Shown here: in pieces, positions 17,410 to 27,026 of the stretch
Position numbering within the stretch: the stretch's first letter is position 1
Layout of the letters: each line of letters opens with the position of its first letter
IMG/VR virus record: IMGVR_UViG_3300037424_000599
Span: 1-42,526 of that record
Source of the DNA: a virus
Lineage: Duplodnaviria > Caudoviricetes
Direction: 5' to 3' (one strand)
DNA length: 42,526 bases
Notes under the pieces: model-generated
Told to the model about the DNA's origin: nothing
What the model saw: only the letters and a program-made list of their open reading frames with translations
The model's database searches: none
Position numbers and translations under genes: made by a program

Positions 17410-17940
17410 ATGAGCCAAGAGAACGAGAAGTTCGCTGCACCGAAAGAGGAAGAAACCACAGCCGAACGCATCGCCCGACTGCGCGCCAAGGCAGAGATGC
17501 AGGCAGCGCAGGAGTTCGACGAGGACGCTGTCTACGCGAAGCTGCTTGCCGAAGCCCGCGCGGCCAAGAACGAAGAACTGACGAAGCCCGTCGTTGATCT
17601 GCCCACTGACTCCAGCGGGTTCGCCAAAGTCTATGACTTCGTGGAAATCTTCGAAAGCCAGAACCCCGAGGACGCGACCTACGTCCCGCTCGGCATCGGC
17701 GGGTTCACCATCCGCGTGCCCCGCGGCAAGAAGGTCATCCTGCCCCACGCGTTCGTGGAAGACTGCCTGGCGCTCGCGTTCGAGGCCCGGCTGGTGAAAC
17801 TGCCGACCGGCGGGTATTCCCTTCGCCCCAATCACCGCTTCCCGTACCGCGTACACGGCCCCGCGACGGAGGCCGAGTACAAGGCGTTCATGGCCGAGCA
17901 GAAGGAACAGGAGCTTCGCGAGACAGCGCTGGTGCGGTAG
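17410..17940 (+). CDS. Conserved phage hypothetical protein
   Basis: VPRGKKVILP...RFPY; AGGAG RBS. Confidence 0.7.
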   Translation: MSQENEKFAAPKEEETTAERIARLRAKAEMQAAQEFDEDAVYAKLLAEARAAKNEELTKPVVDLPTDSSGFAKVYDFVEIFESQNPEDATYVPLGIGGFTIRVPRGKKVILPHAFVEDCLALAFEARLVKLPTGGYSLRPNHRFPYRVHGPATEAEYKAFMAEQKEQELRETALVR

Positions 17941-17949
17941 GGGTCCGTC

Positions 17950-18696
17950 ATGAACCTGGCGGACATGCTGCAATACACAGCGGCGGAGTTTCTTGATGAC
18001 CGCACGGAGCTCGTTGATGGTGACAACGACGATTTGTGGTCTGACGCCTATCTTGTTCGCCAACTGAATGAAGCCCAGCGGATATTGGCACGCAGGGCAT
18101 GGTGTATTATAGAGTACGGTAAAGCCCCCGCCGGTGTCATAGTCCTTGCTACGGGCAAGACTCTCTACGACACCCACCCGAGTATCCTGAGAATCCTGGA
18201 CGCCACACCGTCGACCCAGGTCGCGCCGCTAGGCCGCACGACCGATATAAAGCTCCGCGACCCAAGCCCCGTAGGCAGCGATGCCTTCGAGATAGGGGAG
18301 ACTGCGGCGCGCGAGGACACGGCGCTGACCGGAGCTACGTGGGCCTTCGCCACGGACGCAGGTACCCATCAACTGCGCGTGTACCCAACACCCACGTCAA
18401 CGCAGAACGGCGTCGTGGTGTCCCTCAAGATCGCCCGCATGCCTATCACGTTCCTGACGCTCGACGACACGAATGCGGAGCCCGAGGTGCCCGAGCAGTG
18501 GCATATGGAGATGTGCCACTACGCGGCTGGCAAGGCCCTGACATTGCCCAACGTGGATGCCGACCAAAAAACGGAAGGCCGGCGCCTGCTCGCCGAGTTC
18601 AACGAAACCGTGCGGCTCGCCCGCCAAGAGCGCATCCGCGCCGAACTGGGCTCGTCGCGTTGGGGGTTCTCTAGCACAACCGCAGCGGTGTCGTAA
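17950..18696 (+). CDS. Head-tail adaptor protein
   Basis: LWSD..LVRQLNEAQ, PEVPEQWH..CHYAA motifs. Confidence 0.75.
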   Translation: MNLADMLQYTAAEFLDDRTELVDGDNDDLWSDAYLVRQLNEAQRILARRAWCIIEYGKAPAGVIVLATGKTLYDTHPSILRILDATPSTQVAPLGRTTDIKLRDPSPVGSDAFEIGETAAREDTALTGATWAFATDAGTHQLRVYPTPTSTQNGVVVSLKIARMPITFLTLDDTNAEPEVPEQWHMEMCHYAAGKALTLPNVDADQKTEGRRLLAEFNETVRLARQERIRAELGSSRWGFSSTTAAVS

Positions 18697-19148
18697 TGGC
18701 ATACGCAGGCAAGATCGACGAACGCGAAGGGTTGGAGGAGTTCTCCGGCTGGCTAGGTCTGCGTAACAACGTCGCGCCGGAGTCCTTCGGTCGCGAGGAT
18801 CTGGTAGCAGCTACCAACGTCGACATTGACGACTCACTTGGCGTTGGCCGTAGAAAAGGCCATTCCGCTCCTGTTACGGCCAATGTGGACCGTGACCTGT
18901 GGGCGTCGGGGCGTGTGTGTCTCGGCGTTGGGTCGGACTCGCTGAAGCAGGTCAATCCTGATTACACGACCACCACCCTGCGGACCGGGCTCACGCCCGC
19001 GCGCCCGCTTGCATACGCAGCGGTGGGGGATCGTGTGTTCTGGTCGAACGGCGTGGAGTACGGCTGCGTCCAGAACGACGCTAACCGGACGTGGGGGATC
19101 ACCCCGCCTGGGACACCCGTGCTCACCGCCGGGCTGGGGGCAGCGTGA
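18696..19148 (+). CDS. Tail (nozzle/stabiliser-like) protein, N-terminal part
   Basis: GLRN..ATNVDID..RRKG; stops after WGITPPGTPVLTAG. Confidence 0.7.
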   Translation: MAYAGKIDEREGLEEFSGWLGLRNNVAPESFGREDLVAATNVDIDDSLGVGRRKGHSAPVTANVDRDLWASGRVCLGVGSDSLKQVNPDYTTTTLRTGLTPARPLAYAAVGDRVFWSNGVEYGCVQNDANRTWGITPPGTPVLTAGLGAA

Positions 19149-21166
19149 CAACGTTAGCGACCGGCGGGGTAGTCACTACAGATGGTGATTACACCATCCA
19201 TACCTTCACAGCTAGTGGGACTTTTGAGGTTCTGCAGGCCCCGCTCACGATTGATTACTTGATTGTTGGCGCAGGAGGAGCCGCCATCACTGGTGGAGGC
19301 GGGGCAGGAGAACTTTCATACATTACGGATCATTTATTTGAAGCTACAGGTAGTACATCTGTAACGGTTGGCGCAGGCGTGTCAGATGCCAACGGGGGGG
19401 ATACGGCGTTTATCACAACTGCTGTTGGGGGCGGGGCAGGTGCGGATATGGGCACAGGAAATGACGGTGCTTGTGGCGGCGGTGGCGGCGCGGCAGTTCC
19501 AAACGGTTATGCTTTGGGGGGCACAGGTAGCATCGGATTCGATGGCGGGCGGGGGCACACAAATCCAGTGTATTACGACACTGTTAGCGGCGGCGGCGGC
19601 GGAATGGGGTCCGCTGGAACCGACGGACTTCCCGGTCTTGACGAGGTTGATACTTACGGTACGGCGGGCAACGGCGGCGACGGGTCGCAAAATTCTATTT
19701 CTGGGTCGGCGGTATGGTATAGCGGCGGCGGCGGCGGTTATTCTAACGCCGGTTCGGGGTCCGGTGGATCAGGATCGGATGGCCCCGGAGGTGGAGGAAC
19801 GGCTACGGGAGATTTTGTTGCCGGACAAGACGGCATTGTAATCGTTCGGTATCTTACTGATACAGCGGTGTCCGCCGGCACCGCGGACGATGTGTCTGGC
19901 GATGTCACTGTAACCATTGACGGAGTCGATTCGGCCCTCTCCGCAGCAGACACGTTATCGAACGGCACGACCGTGACGACGGGCAACAACGGGTCCGCCA
20001 CGCTTCGCCTCGCCGACAACAGTACCCTGACGGTCCAACCAAACTCACAGTTGGTTATCAGAAACGTCGCGTTCAATCAGTCGTCCAGTGACTCGATCGT
20101 TGTGGAAGTGCTCCAAGGCATCGCCCGCTTCGTCACCGGCCTGATCGTAAGCCCCCGGGTCACGATCATGACTCCCTCGGCCATCATCGGCCTTCGCGGG
20201 ACGGATATTACCACGCAGGTATTGGCGAACGGGACTGTCCTGATCGTGCATTCGGGGTCGGCCGACCTGACCAATTCGTTCGGCACGATAACCGTCCTTG
20301 CCGGACAGTCGGGGTTCGCCCCGCTGCACCGCGCCCCCTATATCCTGGCCGACACGCCGTCGCAAGCCCTCGGCATTGGAAAGTATCAAGTTGTCGTAAC
20401 GTACCTACGACAAGATGGGCAAGAAAGCGGGGCGGGCAAGGCCGTGTCCGTGGAACTGTTCACGCCGGGGGCGATATCGCTCACCAGCATCCCAGTCTCG
20501 ACTGACCCAACCGTGACACACAAGGCGATCTACGCCACTTCGGTTGGCGGGGAGACTCTGTACCGCGTGGGGGTCATCGCCAACGCTGACACGACGTTCC
20601 TGCTTGACGAGGTGCGCGCAGGAGCCTCGCCGCTACTCACCCAGTTTCTGCAACCCCCGCCGGCGGGCGACCATATCGCGTACCACAACGGGTACATGCT
20701 CGTCGCCAAGGGCACGCGGCTATACCCGAGCGAGGCGTACTCGCCCGAATTGTTCGACTACCGCAAGGCCGTACCGTTCCTCGACGTGCTTACCATGATC
20801 GCCCCCGTCAAAGGTGGCGTGTGGTTGGGACTCGACAGTCAGATCGTGTGGATGACCGGCGACACGCCCGAAGCGTGGGACTATAAGCAGGCGGCTGACT
20901 ATGGTGTGATTCCCGGCGTTCTGTGGTTCGCCGACGCGGGGGTGATTAACGACGGGCAGGCGACTGGCGAGATGGCGGCGTTCTTCGCGTCGAAACGCGG
21001 TCTGTGTGTCGGGTTGCCGGGGGGTAGACTTGTGAACTTGACCGAGTCCCGTTACGCCTACCCCGCAATGGATCGCGGCGCCGGGATCGTTCGGCGGCAT
21101 CGAGGTATTAACCAGTTTCTCGTCACACTTCAAGGCGCAGAGATCGCCGCGAATGTGGCTGCGTGA
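19145..21166 (+). CDS. Gly-rich domain + FecR-like domain fused to C-terminal part of tail protein
   Basis: YTIHTFT...GIVIVRY Gly-rich domain; TPSAIIGLRGT FecR motif; GKYQVVVTYLRQDGQESG tail continuation. Confidence 0.75.
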   Translation: MTTLATGGVVTTDGDYTIHTFTASGTFEVLQAPLTIDYLIVGAGGAAITGGGGAGELSYITDHLFEATGSTSVTVGAGVSDANGGDTAFITTAVGGGAGADMGTGNDGACGGGGGAAVPNGYALGGTGSIGFDGGRGHTNPVYYDTVSGGGGGMGSAGTDGLPGLDEVDTYGTAGNGGDGSQNSISGSAVWYSGGGGGYSNAGSGSGGSGSDGPGGGGTATGDFVAGQDGIVIVRYLTDTAVSAGTADDVSGDVTVTIDGVDSALSAADTLSNGTTVTTGNNGSATLRLADNSTLTVQPNSQLVIRNVAFNQSSSDSIVVEVLQGIARFVTGLIVSPRVTIMTPSAIIGLRGTDITTQVLANGTVLIVHSGSADLTNSFGTITVLAGQSGFAPLHRAPYILADTPSQALGIGKYQVVVTYLRQDGQESGAGKAVSVELFTPGAISLTSIPVSTDPTVTHKAIYATSVGGETLYRVGVIANADTTFLLDEVRAGASPLLTQFLQPPPAGDHIAYHNGYMLVAKGTRLYPSEAYSPELFDYRKAVPFLDVLTMIAPVKGGVWLGLDSQIVWMTGDTPEAWDYKQAADYGVIPGVLWFADAGVINDGQATGEMAAFFASKRGLCVGLPGGRLVNLTESRYAYPAMDRGAGIVRRHRGINQFLVTLQGAEIAANVAA

Positions 21167-21213
21167 TACAATAGAGTAGTACCCTTAAACATACCTAACA
21201 GGGAGTAATTATC

Positions 21214-22029
21214 ATGGCCCTCCGCTTCGCACCAGCGCTTCAAAACTTCGTGGCTACTCAAGGTAGCTGGAAGAACGCATTCGACAATGGTTCGATCGAA
21301 ATCTACACCGGCACGCAGCCTGCTACCCCCGACCTCGCGGTCACGGGTACCCTGCTCGCGATCATCACGTCGGGCGGCGGTACCAAGACCGACGAGGTCA
21401 AAGGCACCGGCGTCCTGACTATCTCGGGCACCACGAGCGGGCCGATCGATACCTGCACGCTGATGGGCATCGACATCCTCGGCGGCGCGGTGACCCACAC
21501 GACCGACCATAACACAACCGCGGACGCGGTGGCGCTCAAGATCAACCGCAACCCAGCCAACAACCTCGTGGTTGCATCAACGACCGGCTCGTCTGGTGTG
21601 ATTACGCTGACTGCGCTGCCGGGGTTCGGCACCACGATGAACAGCGGCACGCTCACGTTCACTGCCACCACGGCTACGGCTGCGGTAACCAGCACCACGT
21701 TTGGCTCTGGCACCGGCGGGTCGGTCGCTGGCGTCGCGGCGGCCAACGGGCTGCTGATGGACTACAACGCGGCCGCGGGCGTGTTTACCAAGAATTCGAC
21801 GCAGACGTGGTCGGGCACCGCGATTGGTGCGGGTACGCAGACCGCCGGGTGGTTCCGGTACAAGGGCAGCGTCGCTGATCCCGATACCCAGGACTCCAGT
21901 GCGGTGTACTTGCGCATGGACGGCTCGATCGCGACCTCTGGCGCCGATATGAACATGTCCAGCACGTCGGTCACGAACGGGGCGTTGCAGACCATATCTA
22001 CCTTCCAGTTCACGATTCCTGCTGCGTAA
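21214..22029 (+). CDS. Virion structural protein with internal insertion
   Basis: IEIYTGTQPATPD...TAGWFR...RMDGS framework; GGGAG RBS. Confidence 0.7.
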   Translation: MALRFAPALQNFVATQGSWKNAFDNGSIEIYTGTQPATPDLAVTGTLLAIITSGGGTKTDEVKGTGVLTISGTTSGPIDTCTLMGIDILGGAVTHTTDHNTTADAVALKINRNPANNLVVASTTGSSGVITLTALPGFGTTMNSGTLTFTATTATAAVTSTTFGSGTGGSVAGVAAANGLLMDYNAAAGVFTKNSTQTWSGTAIGAGTQTAGWFRYKGSVADPDTQDSSAVYLRMDGSIATSGADMNMSSTSVTNGALQTISTFQFTIPAA

Positions 22030-22037
22030 CGCCGATG

Positions 22038-22076
22038 ACGCGCGCTCTCGTGCTGCGTAGTACGGGGGCGCGTTTT
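22038..22076 (+). terminator. Putative intrinsic terminator
   Basis: Long GC stem followed by TTTT. Confidence 0.5.
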
Positions 22077-22088
22077 AGGTAGCCTGTC

Positions 22089-24965
22089 ATGGCCTACATC
22101 ACATTTGATCCGTCCGCGAAGGGGGCACTGGTAACCCTGTCGAGCGGAGACCTGACTGCGACTATCACGCAGTCTGATTTCATTGGGAACGTGCGGGCGA
22201 CTGAGTATAACGCGGAAGGGAGCAGCCTCTACGCGGAGTTCACGCTGTCCACCGGCGCGGGGCCGCAGACTAACTATCGCCCGCACATCGGGATCGTGAA
22301 CAGTGATTTTCCGATCACTGATAATACAACCGAACTCGGGACTACCAGTGATGGGTATGTGTACTTTTCAACCAACGCGCCGGGCGCCGTCGGGCAGAGA
22401 GTATTCAACAACACGTTCGAAGACTACGGCGACGCGTTCACTGATGGCGATGTTATCAGCATGCTGCTGGAGAGCGTCAGCGGCGAGCATGTGCTTACCA
22501 GCATCGGGTCCAATTCACTGGGGACTTCTCCTTACGGTATACATATTTCAGCGACTGGGGAGTTTTTCTACGCCGCCAATCTTCAAAGCGATACGATAAC
22601 CCCTGAGGCGATAGACCCGGATACGGGGGATCTCAGTTTCTCTGGCGCCGGGCTTGCGAGCACTGGGGCGAACCCGTACAGTGTTGTGGGCGCAGTCACA
22701 GGGTCCGGGGAGTTTGTCTACGTCGTCAACGGGGGAGACAACTCAATATCGATGTTTTCGGTCAACCCATCTACGGGTGCGTTGACCAACGTCGCGGCCG
22801 ATTTGGTGACCAGCGGGTCCACCGCATACGACATTATTGTCAACCCCGATAATGAAACGCTGTATGTAACCCACAATCTTGACAACACAATAACCCAGTA
22901 CGACATCAATCAGAGCACCGGGGAACTTACAGCAGTCGGGTCGTCTGTCGCGACGGGGAGTAACCCGCGCGAGATGGCAATTGCCGAAGTCAGCGGCGGG
23001 AAGTTCCTTTATGCGTTGAACAACGGCAGCGCAACTATCTCGGCGTTCTCTGTTAACGCTGTATCGGGGTCACTGGCTAGTTTGGGGTCTGCTGTTGCAA
23101 CCGGAGCAGACCCGCGAGATATCATCGTAGACCCCGGTAACGCGTTCGTGTACGTCGCCAACTACGGCGGCGCGAGCATATCTACGTATTCCATCCACCA
23201 GACGACGGGGGCGTTGACGCTTGTCAGCACCACAGGCACCGATTCTGCGCTCAGTCCTTCTCGTCTCGCCGCGGCCCCCGCGGGGGGTTTCATCTACGCT
23301 ACGTGTGTGGGACCAAATACGTTGCAGGTGTACTCTGTCGACGGGGGTACGGGGGAGCCGACATTTGTCAGTGATGTATATCTGGGGGTCGCCGCGGCTA
23401 GTGGTATTGCAGTTTATCCTACCGGCGCCTTCGTGTACACGACGTTGGCCGCAGGTGACTCTGTATCATATTGGCGTGTCAACTCCTACACGTACACCCT
23501 CTCGTTCTGGAAGAACGGCGTAGACCAGGGCGAAGCGTATTCAGGCATAACAGGCTCATGGGCGCCCGCGTACGGGTCTCAGTACAATTCCACCGTTGTC
23601 ACTGCCAACTTCGGCGATTCGGCATGGGCGTATTCGCCCCCGTCCGGTTTCGTGGGGTGGGACGACTACCAGAACGACATAACGGTTGATGTGGAGTCTC
23701 CTGCCCCGACGCTAGTCACTGGCACGGATGGTGTTGTCGCTTCTGCCGCGGTTCCCACGCTTGTTATAGGCGACACGGGGATAGTGATTTCCGCGCCTAC
23801 CGCGCGCCTCGTGATAGGCCCCAACGGCGCTGCCGTGTCGGCTCCCGCGCCGACGCTGGTCGCCACCGTCGCGTTCGAAGGGTTGGCGATATCGGCACCA
23901 GCACCGACGCTGTCGTGCACCGTCGCTACCGGCGAGATCGGCGGCGTATCAGGTACAGCACCTGCGCCGACACTGGCTGCTGCTGGTACAGCAGCACCCA
24001 CTGGTGTGGTGGATGGAACCGCCCCCGTCCCGACGCTGGCAGCTACGGCGATCCCAGGGACCGCGATTACGTTCAGTGGCACCGCGCCGCGCCCGAGAAT
24101 CGGGTTCGGGTTCAAGACTGCTGTACTCTCCGCTCCTGCCCCGACGCTTGTTGCAACCGCAACCGCCGGGCGAGTCATAACCGTCACCGCCCGCGCCGCC
24201 GCGCCGATACTTTCAGCGGTTGCTGAGAACCCAGCACTCATCACCGCTGCGGGCACCGCCGCTCTGCCGCGTCTCAGCGCTGCACTCGCCGCCGGGCAGA
24301 TCGCCACCGCGGTATTGGAAGCCCGCGTGCCGCGGCTGTCGGCAACGGCGTTCGCCGGTAACGTCATCACGGTGCTTGCGGAAGCCGCAACGCCGATCAT
24401 GTCGGCGGCGGGGTACCCTGCGTACACCATCACGTTCGCGGGCACCGCGCCGGTTCCGTACACCACGGCGACGATGAGCGCTGCGATTGCGAGCGCGTAT
24501 CGGACATGGGTGCTGAATACGCGCAAGGGGGCGTTGACCGAGTACGGTTCCGAGTGGGCGTTCAACTCCTACACGGTGTTCAACGGCGTGGTACTCGCCG
24601 CAGGGCCGAGTGGCATAGTCGAACTCGGTACGCAGGACCAGGACAACACAACAGCCATCGATTCGACGGTCAAAAGTGGGAAGGACAACTTCGGCAACTC
24701 GCATATTAAGAGACTCCCGCGTCTGTACGTGGACTACAGCACCGACGGCGGCGCGCAGTTCAAGACGATCACGACCGAGGGGGGGTCACGTACATATGCC
24801 CTCGATTGGAACGGGATCTCTGGGGTCCAGCAGCGTCGCGTTCCTATAGGCAAAGGCCCGAAGTCTGTCCGGTGGCAGTGGGAGTACACGAACGTCTCAG
24901 GCGCTGACTTCGATCTTGGCGCCGTGATGGCCTACCCGACTGTATCCCGCCGTCGGGTTCAGTAA
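22089..24965 (+). CDS. Tail/receptor-binding protein: SPRY domain with nested 7-bladed propeller, APxPTL repeats, conserved C-terminal tail domain
   Basis: LSSGDLT..GDVI..FWKNG..NFG..PPSGF SPRY motifs; seven TGxxP..YVxN..IS repeats. Confidence 0.8.
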   Translation: MAYITFDPSAKGALVTLSSGDLTATITQSDFIGNVRATEYNAEGSSLYAEFTLSTGAGPQTNYRPHIGIVNSDFPITDNTTELGTTSDGYVYFSTNAPGAVGQRVFNNTFEDYGDAFTDGDVISMLLESVSGEHVLTSIGSNSLGTSPYGIHISATGEFFYAANLQSDTITPEAIDPDTGDLSFSGAGLASTGANPYSVVGAVTGSGEFVYVVNGGDNSISMFSVNPSTGALTNVAADLVTSGSTAYDIIVNPDNETLYVTHNLDNTITQYDINQSTGELTAVGSSVATGSNPREMAIAEVSGGKFLYALNNGSATISAFSVNAVSGSLASLGSAVATGADPRDIIVDPGNAFVYVANYGGASISTYSIHQTTGALTLVSTTGTDSALSPSRLAAAPAGGFIYATCVGPNTLQVYSVDGGTGEPTFVSDVYLGVAAASGIAVYPTGAFVYTTLAAGDSVSYWRVNSYTYTLSFWKNGVDQGEAYSGITGSWAPAYGSQYNSTVVTANFGDSAWAYSPPSGFVGWDDYQNDITVDVESPAPTLVTGTDGVVASAAVPTLVIGDTGIVISAPTARLVIGPNGAAVSAPAPTLVATVAFEGLAISAPAPTLSCTVATGEIGGVSGTAPAPTLAAAGTAAPTGVVDGTAPVPTLAATAIPGTAITFSGTAPRPRIGFGFKTAVLSAPAPTLVATATAGRVITVTARAAAPILSAVAENPALITAAGTAALPRLSAALAAGQIATAVLEARVPRLSATAFAGNVITVLAEAATPIMSAAGYPAYTITFAGTAPVPYTTATMSAAIASAYRTWVLNTRKGALTEYGSEWAFNSYTVFNGVVLAAGPSGIVELGTQDQDNTTAIDSTVKSGKDNFGNSHIKRLPRLYVDYSTDGGAQFKTITTEGGSRTYALDWNGISGVQQRRVPIGKGPKSVRWQWEYTNVSGADFDLGAVMAYPTVSRRRVQ

Positions 24966-26968
24966 TGCCCGAAGCCCTGAATGTGACAACGGGGGGAGTG
25001 AAGTGGGTGCCGTTCGCGAGGTACCTGCTGCGCAAACTCAAAACAGTACTCGCGTTGCATGGCATCGTGTCTGGGCGGAAAATTAGTGTCGCCCCTGATG
25101 GGACAGGTACCATTGAAGTCCGTACGATACGATTGACTGCCCGAGATGACTGGCCTGCATACGGCATCGGTAACGCATGGCTCGATTGGCGCGATTACAT
25201 ACGGATAGTGGTTCAGGCGGGAGGATTCATCGTCGCACCTTACATCCGGCGGATCGGGACCGCGTCGCCGATTACTTTCCCGACGGGGTACAAGTTAGCA
25301 CAGGTGGATTACGAAACAGGCGAAGTAGCTGCGTTCCCCGGATACTCTGCTATGGCGGAGACGGTTCGTCACTTCCCTGGTAGCGAGGATACATCCGTGA
25401 CGGCTGTCGCGACTACTACGGCGGGGAACGAGGTGTTTTTGCGCAACGGCAGCGCCGCGGCAATCGGGTACACAGGGTCAGCTACTATCTACGGCGGGTT
25501 TAAGCACACGTACACCGACCCCGACACTGACGAGACGCACACGCGCGATCTGCTCGCCGTCGGCACTGGTGGGCCATATTTCAAGTTAATAGATGCGTCC
25601 ACAGGAGCAGATTTATCACTCGGCGGGGACTTGACGTTCGGGGTCATATATGGTGGTTACCCCGAGGTTGGACCGCCGCGGTACACGGTATCGGCTGACG
25701 GGCGTTCTCTTTTCGTCGAGTTTGGAATGAATCAAAAATACGGCGGGGCATCCAGTGCTCTGCCAAAAGCCTTCTCTGTTGCCATAGATTTCGCGGCCGA
25801 TACGCAGGCGGTTGCTACAGAGATACTGAACGACGCGGTGTTCGGCACCACTACGACCCACACGACCGGGTCGTATACGAACGCACCAACCGGCGTTGTG
25901 ATCCTACCCGTTGGTATCGTTCCGACGATGACCGCGAGCCGAGAAGATGTGATTACGACTACTACCGTCGCGACATACCCCATGACGCGGGCAATGGATG
26001 CGGCGGGTACACTTGTGACCACCACGGCGGAATACGAAGTGTTCCGACAGGTCACCAACGTGGGGCATAGCAGTTCCACCTCGGATAGCAGTGGGGTTGG
26101 GGGATTTTCTCTCGCCGAGGAACTACGGATCAGTCTCCCCGATGGGAATGCGAAAACATTCGACGTTACGACAATCTCGGCGTCGTCCTCCGTTATTGTG
26201 GCAGTAGACACGTCGGAGACCCGAACTTATGAAGACAAGCAGGTTAATCAGATAGTACGTATAGTTTATTCGGACCCGGCGGTTCCTGTGCTTGTCTACG
26301 AAACGACCACCACGCCAGCGACCTTTAGTCCGGGTTCGCCCACGTGGGCTTACGGAGATACTGTCCGGGTTGTAGGGATACTGATCGACGGGTCAGATAC
26401 GGTGCTACTCACAGAGTCCGGTGCGGCGGGCGGCAGCGCAGTGTCGCACAGTGCGGCGACTGTACCGTCTGTTACCCTTTGGACCTCAGCTTCGTCTGAT
26501 GGCGTCGAGACTGTCTACACGTTCCCTTCGGCTGCCGCGTCGTGGGATACGTCGTATGCGGTTGATGTAACCGCAGCGTCTCTAGGATACATAAAACCCC
26601 TGCGCCGGGTACATACGGAGAACCCGTCTTTTGTATCGGGGCACGGGTCGTCTAAGTTCGTCGTGGATATAAAAAGCCCAACCGAATGGCTGGTCGGCGT
26701 GTTCCGTCCTACTGCGCTTGACGGGAGCACGATAAACCAGTTCGATGTGTACTCTGGGGGGCCGAACGGAGGGGCCGTGAAGCAGAACCTTCTTGCATTC
26801 ATGGCCGAAGCCCTAGGCGGTGACTCGCCTGTGGACGCAGTCGCGGCGGCGGATCTGGAATCGGGGAATCTGGCGGGGTACGACATCCGGTTGAGCACTG
26901 GCGATATACGTGTGTCGTCCCCCTTGGCGGATGCGAGTTACACCGGGTTCCACGGGGCGTTCATTTGA
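24965..26968 (+). CDS. Putative tail/virion protein
   Basis: 667 aa, Thr/Ser/beta-rich; TAATG overlap. Confidence 0.65.
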   Translation: MPEALNVTTGGVKWVPFARYLLRKLKTVLALHGIVSGRKISVAPDGTGTIEVRTIRLTARDDWPAYGIGNAWLDWRDYIRIVVQAGGFIVAPYIRRIGTASPITFPTGYKLAQVDYETGEVAAFPGYSAMAETVRHFPGSEDTSVTAVATTTAGNEVFLRNGSAAAIGYTGSATIYGGFKHTYTDPDTDETHTRDLLAVGTGGPYFKLIDASTGADLSLGGDLTFGVIYGGYPEVGPPRYTVSADGRSLFVEFGMNQKYGGASSALPKAFSVAIDFAADTQAVATEILNDAVFGTTTTHTTGSYTNAPTGVVILPVGIVPTMTASREDVITTTTVATYPMTRAMDAAGTLVTTTAEYEVFRQVTNVGHSSSTSDSSGVGGFSLAEELRISLPDGNAKTFDVTTISASSSVIVAVDTSETRTYEDKQVNQIVRIVYSDPAVPVLVYETTTTPATFSPGSPTWAYGDTVRVVGILIDGSDTVLLTESGAAGGSAVSHSAATVPSVTLWTSASSDGVETVYTFPSAAASWDTSYAVDVTAASLGYIKPLRRVHTENPSFVSGHGSSKFVVDIKSPTEWLVGVFRPTALDGSTINQFDVYSGGPNGGAVKQNLLAFMAEALGGDSPVDAVAAADLESGNLAGYDIRLSTGDIRVSSPLADASYTGFHGAFI

Positions 26969-27026
26969 CACATGGAAACGTAGGTTATTTGGTATAATGA
27001 TAGTGTAGACTCCGAAAAGGCATCCT

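Noticed and set aside
19145-20365. Self-splicing intron or intein as explanation for the tail-gene insertion
   Set aside because: Insert is fully coding for Gly-rich and FecR-like domains; no homing endonuclease, intein terminal motifs or intron core recognised
26965-26998. Canonical TTGACA/TATAAT promoter
   Set aside because: Spacer is 22 bp; only the extended -10 is credible
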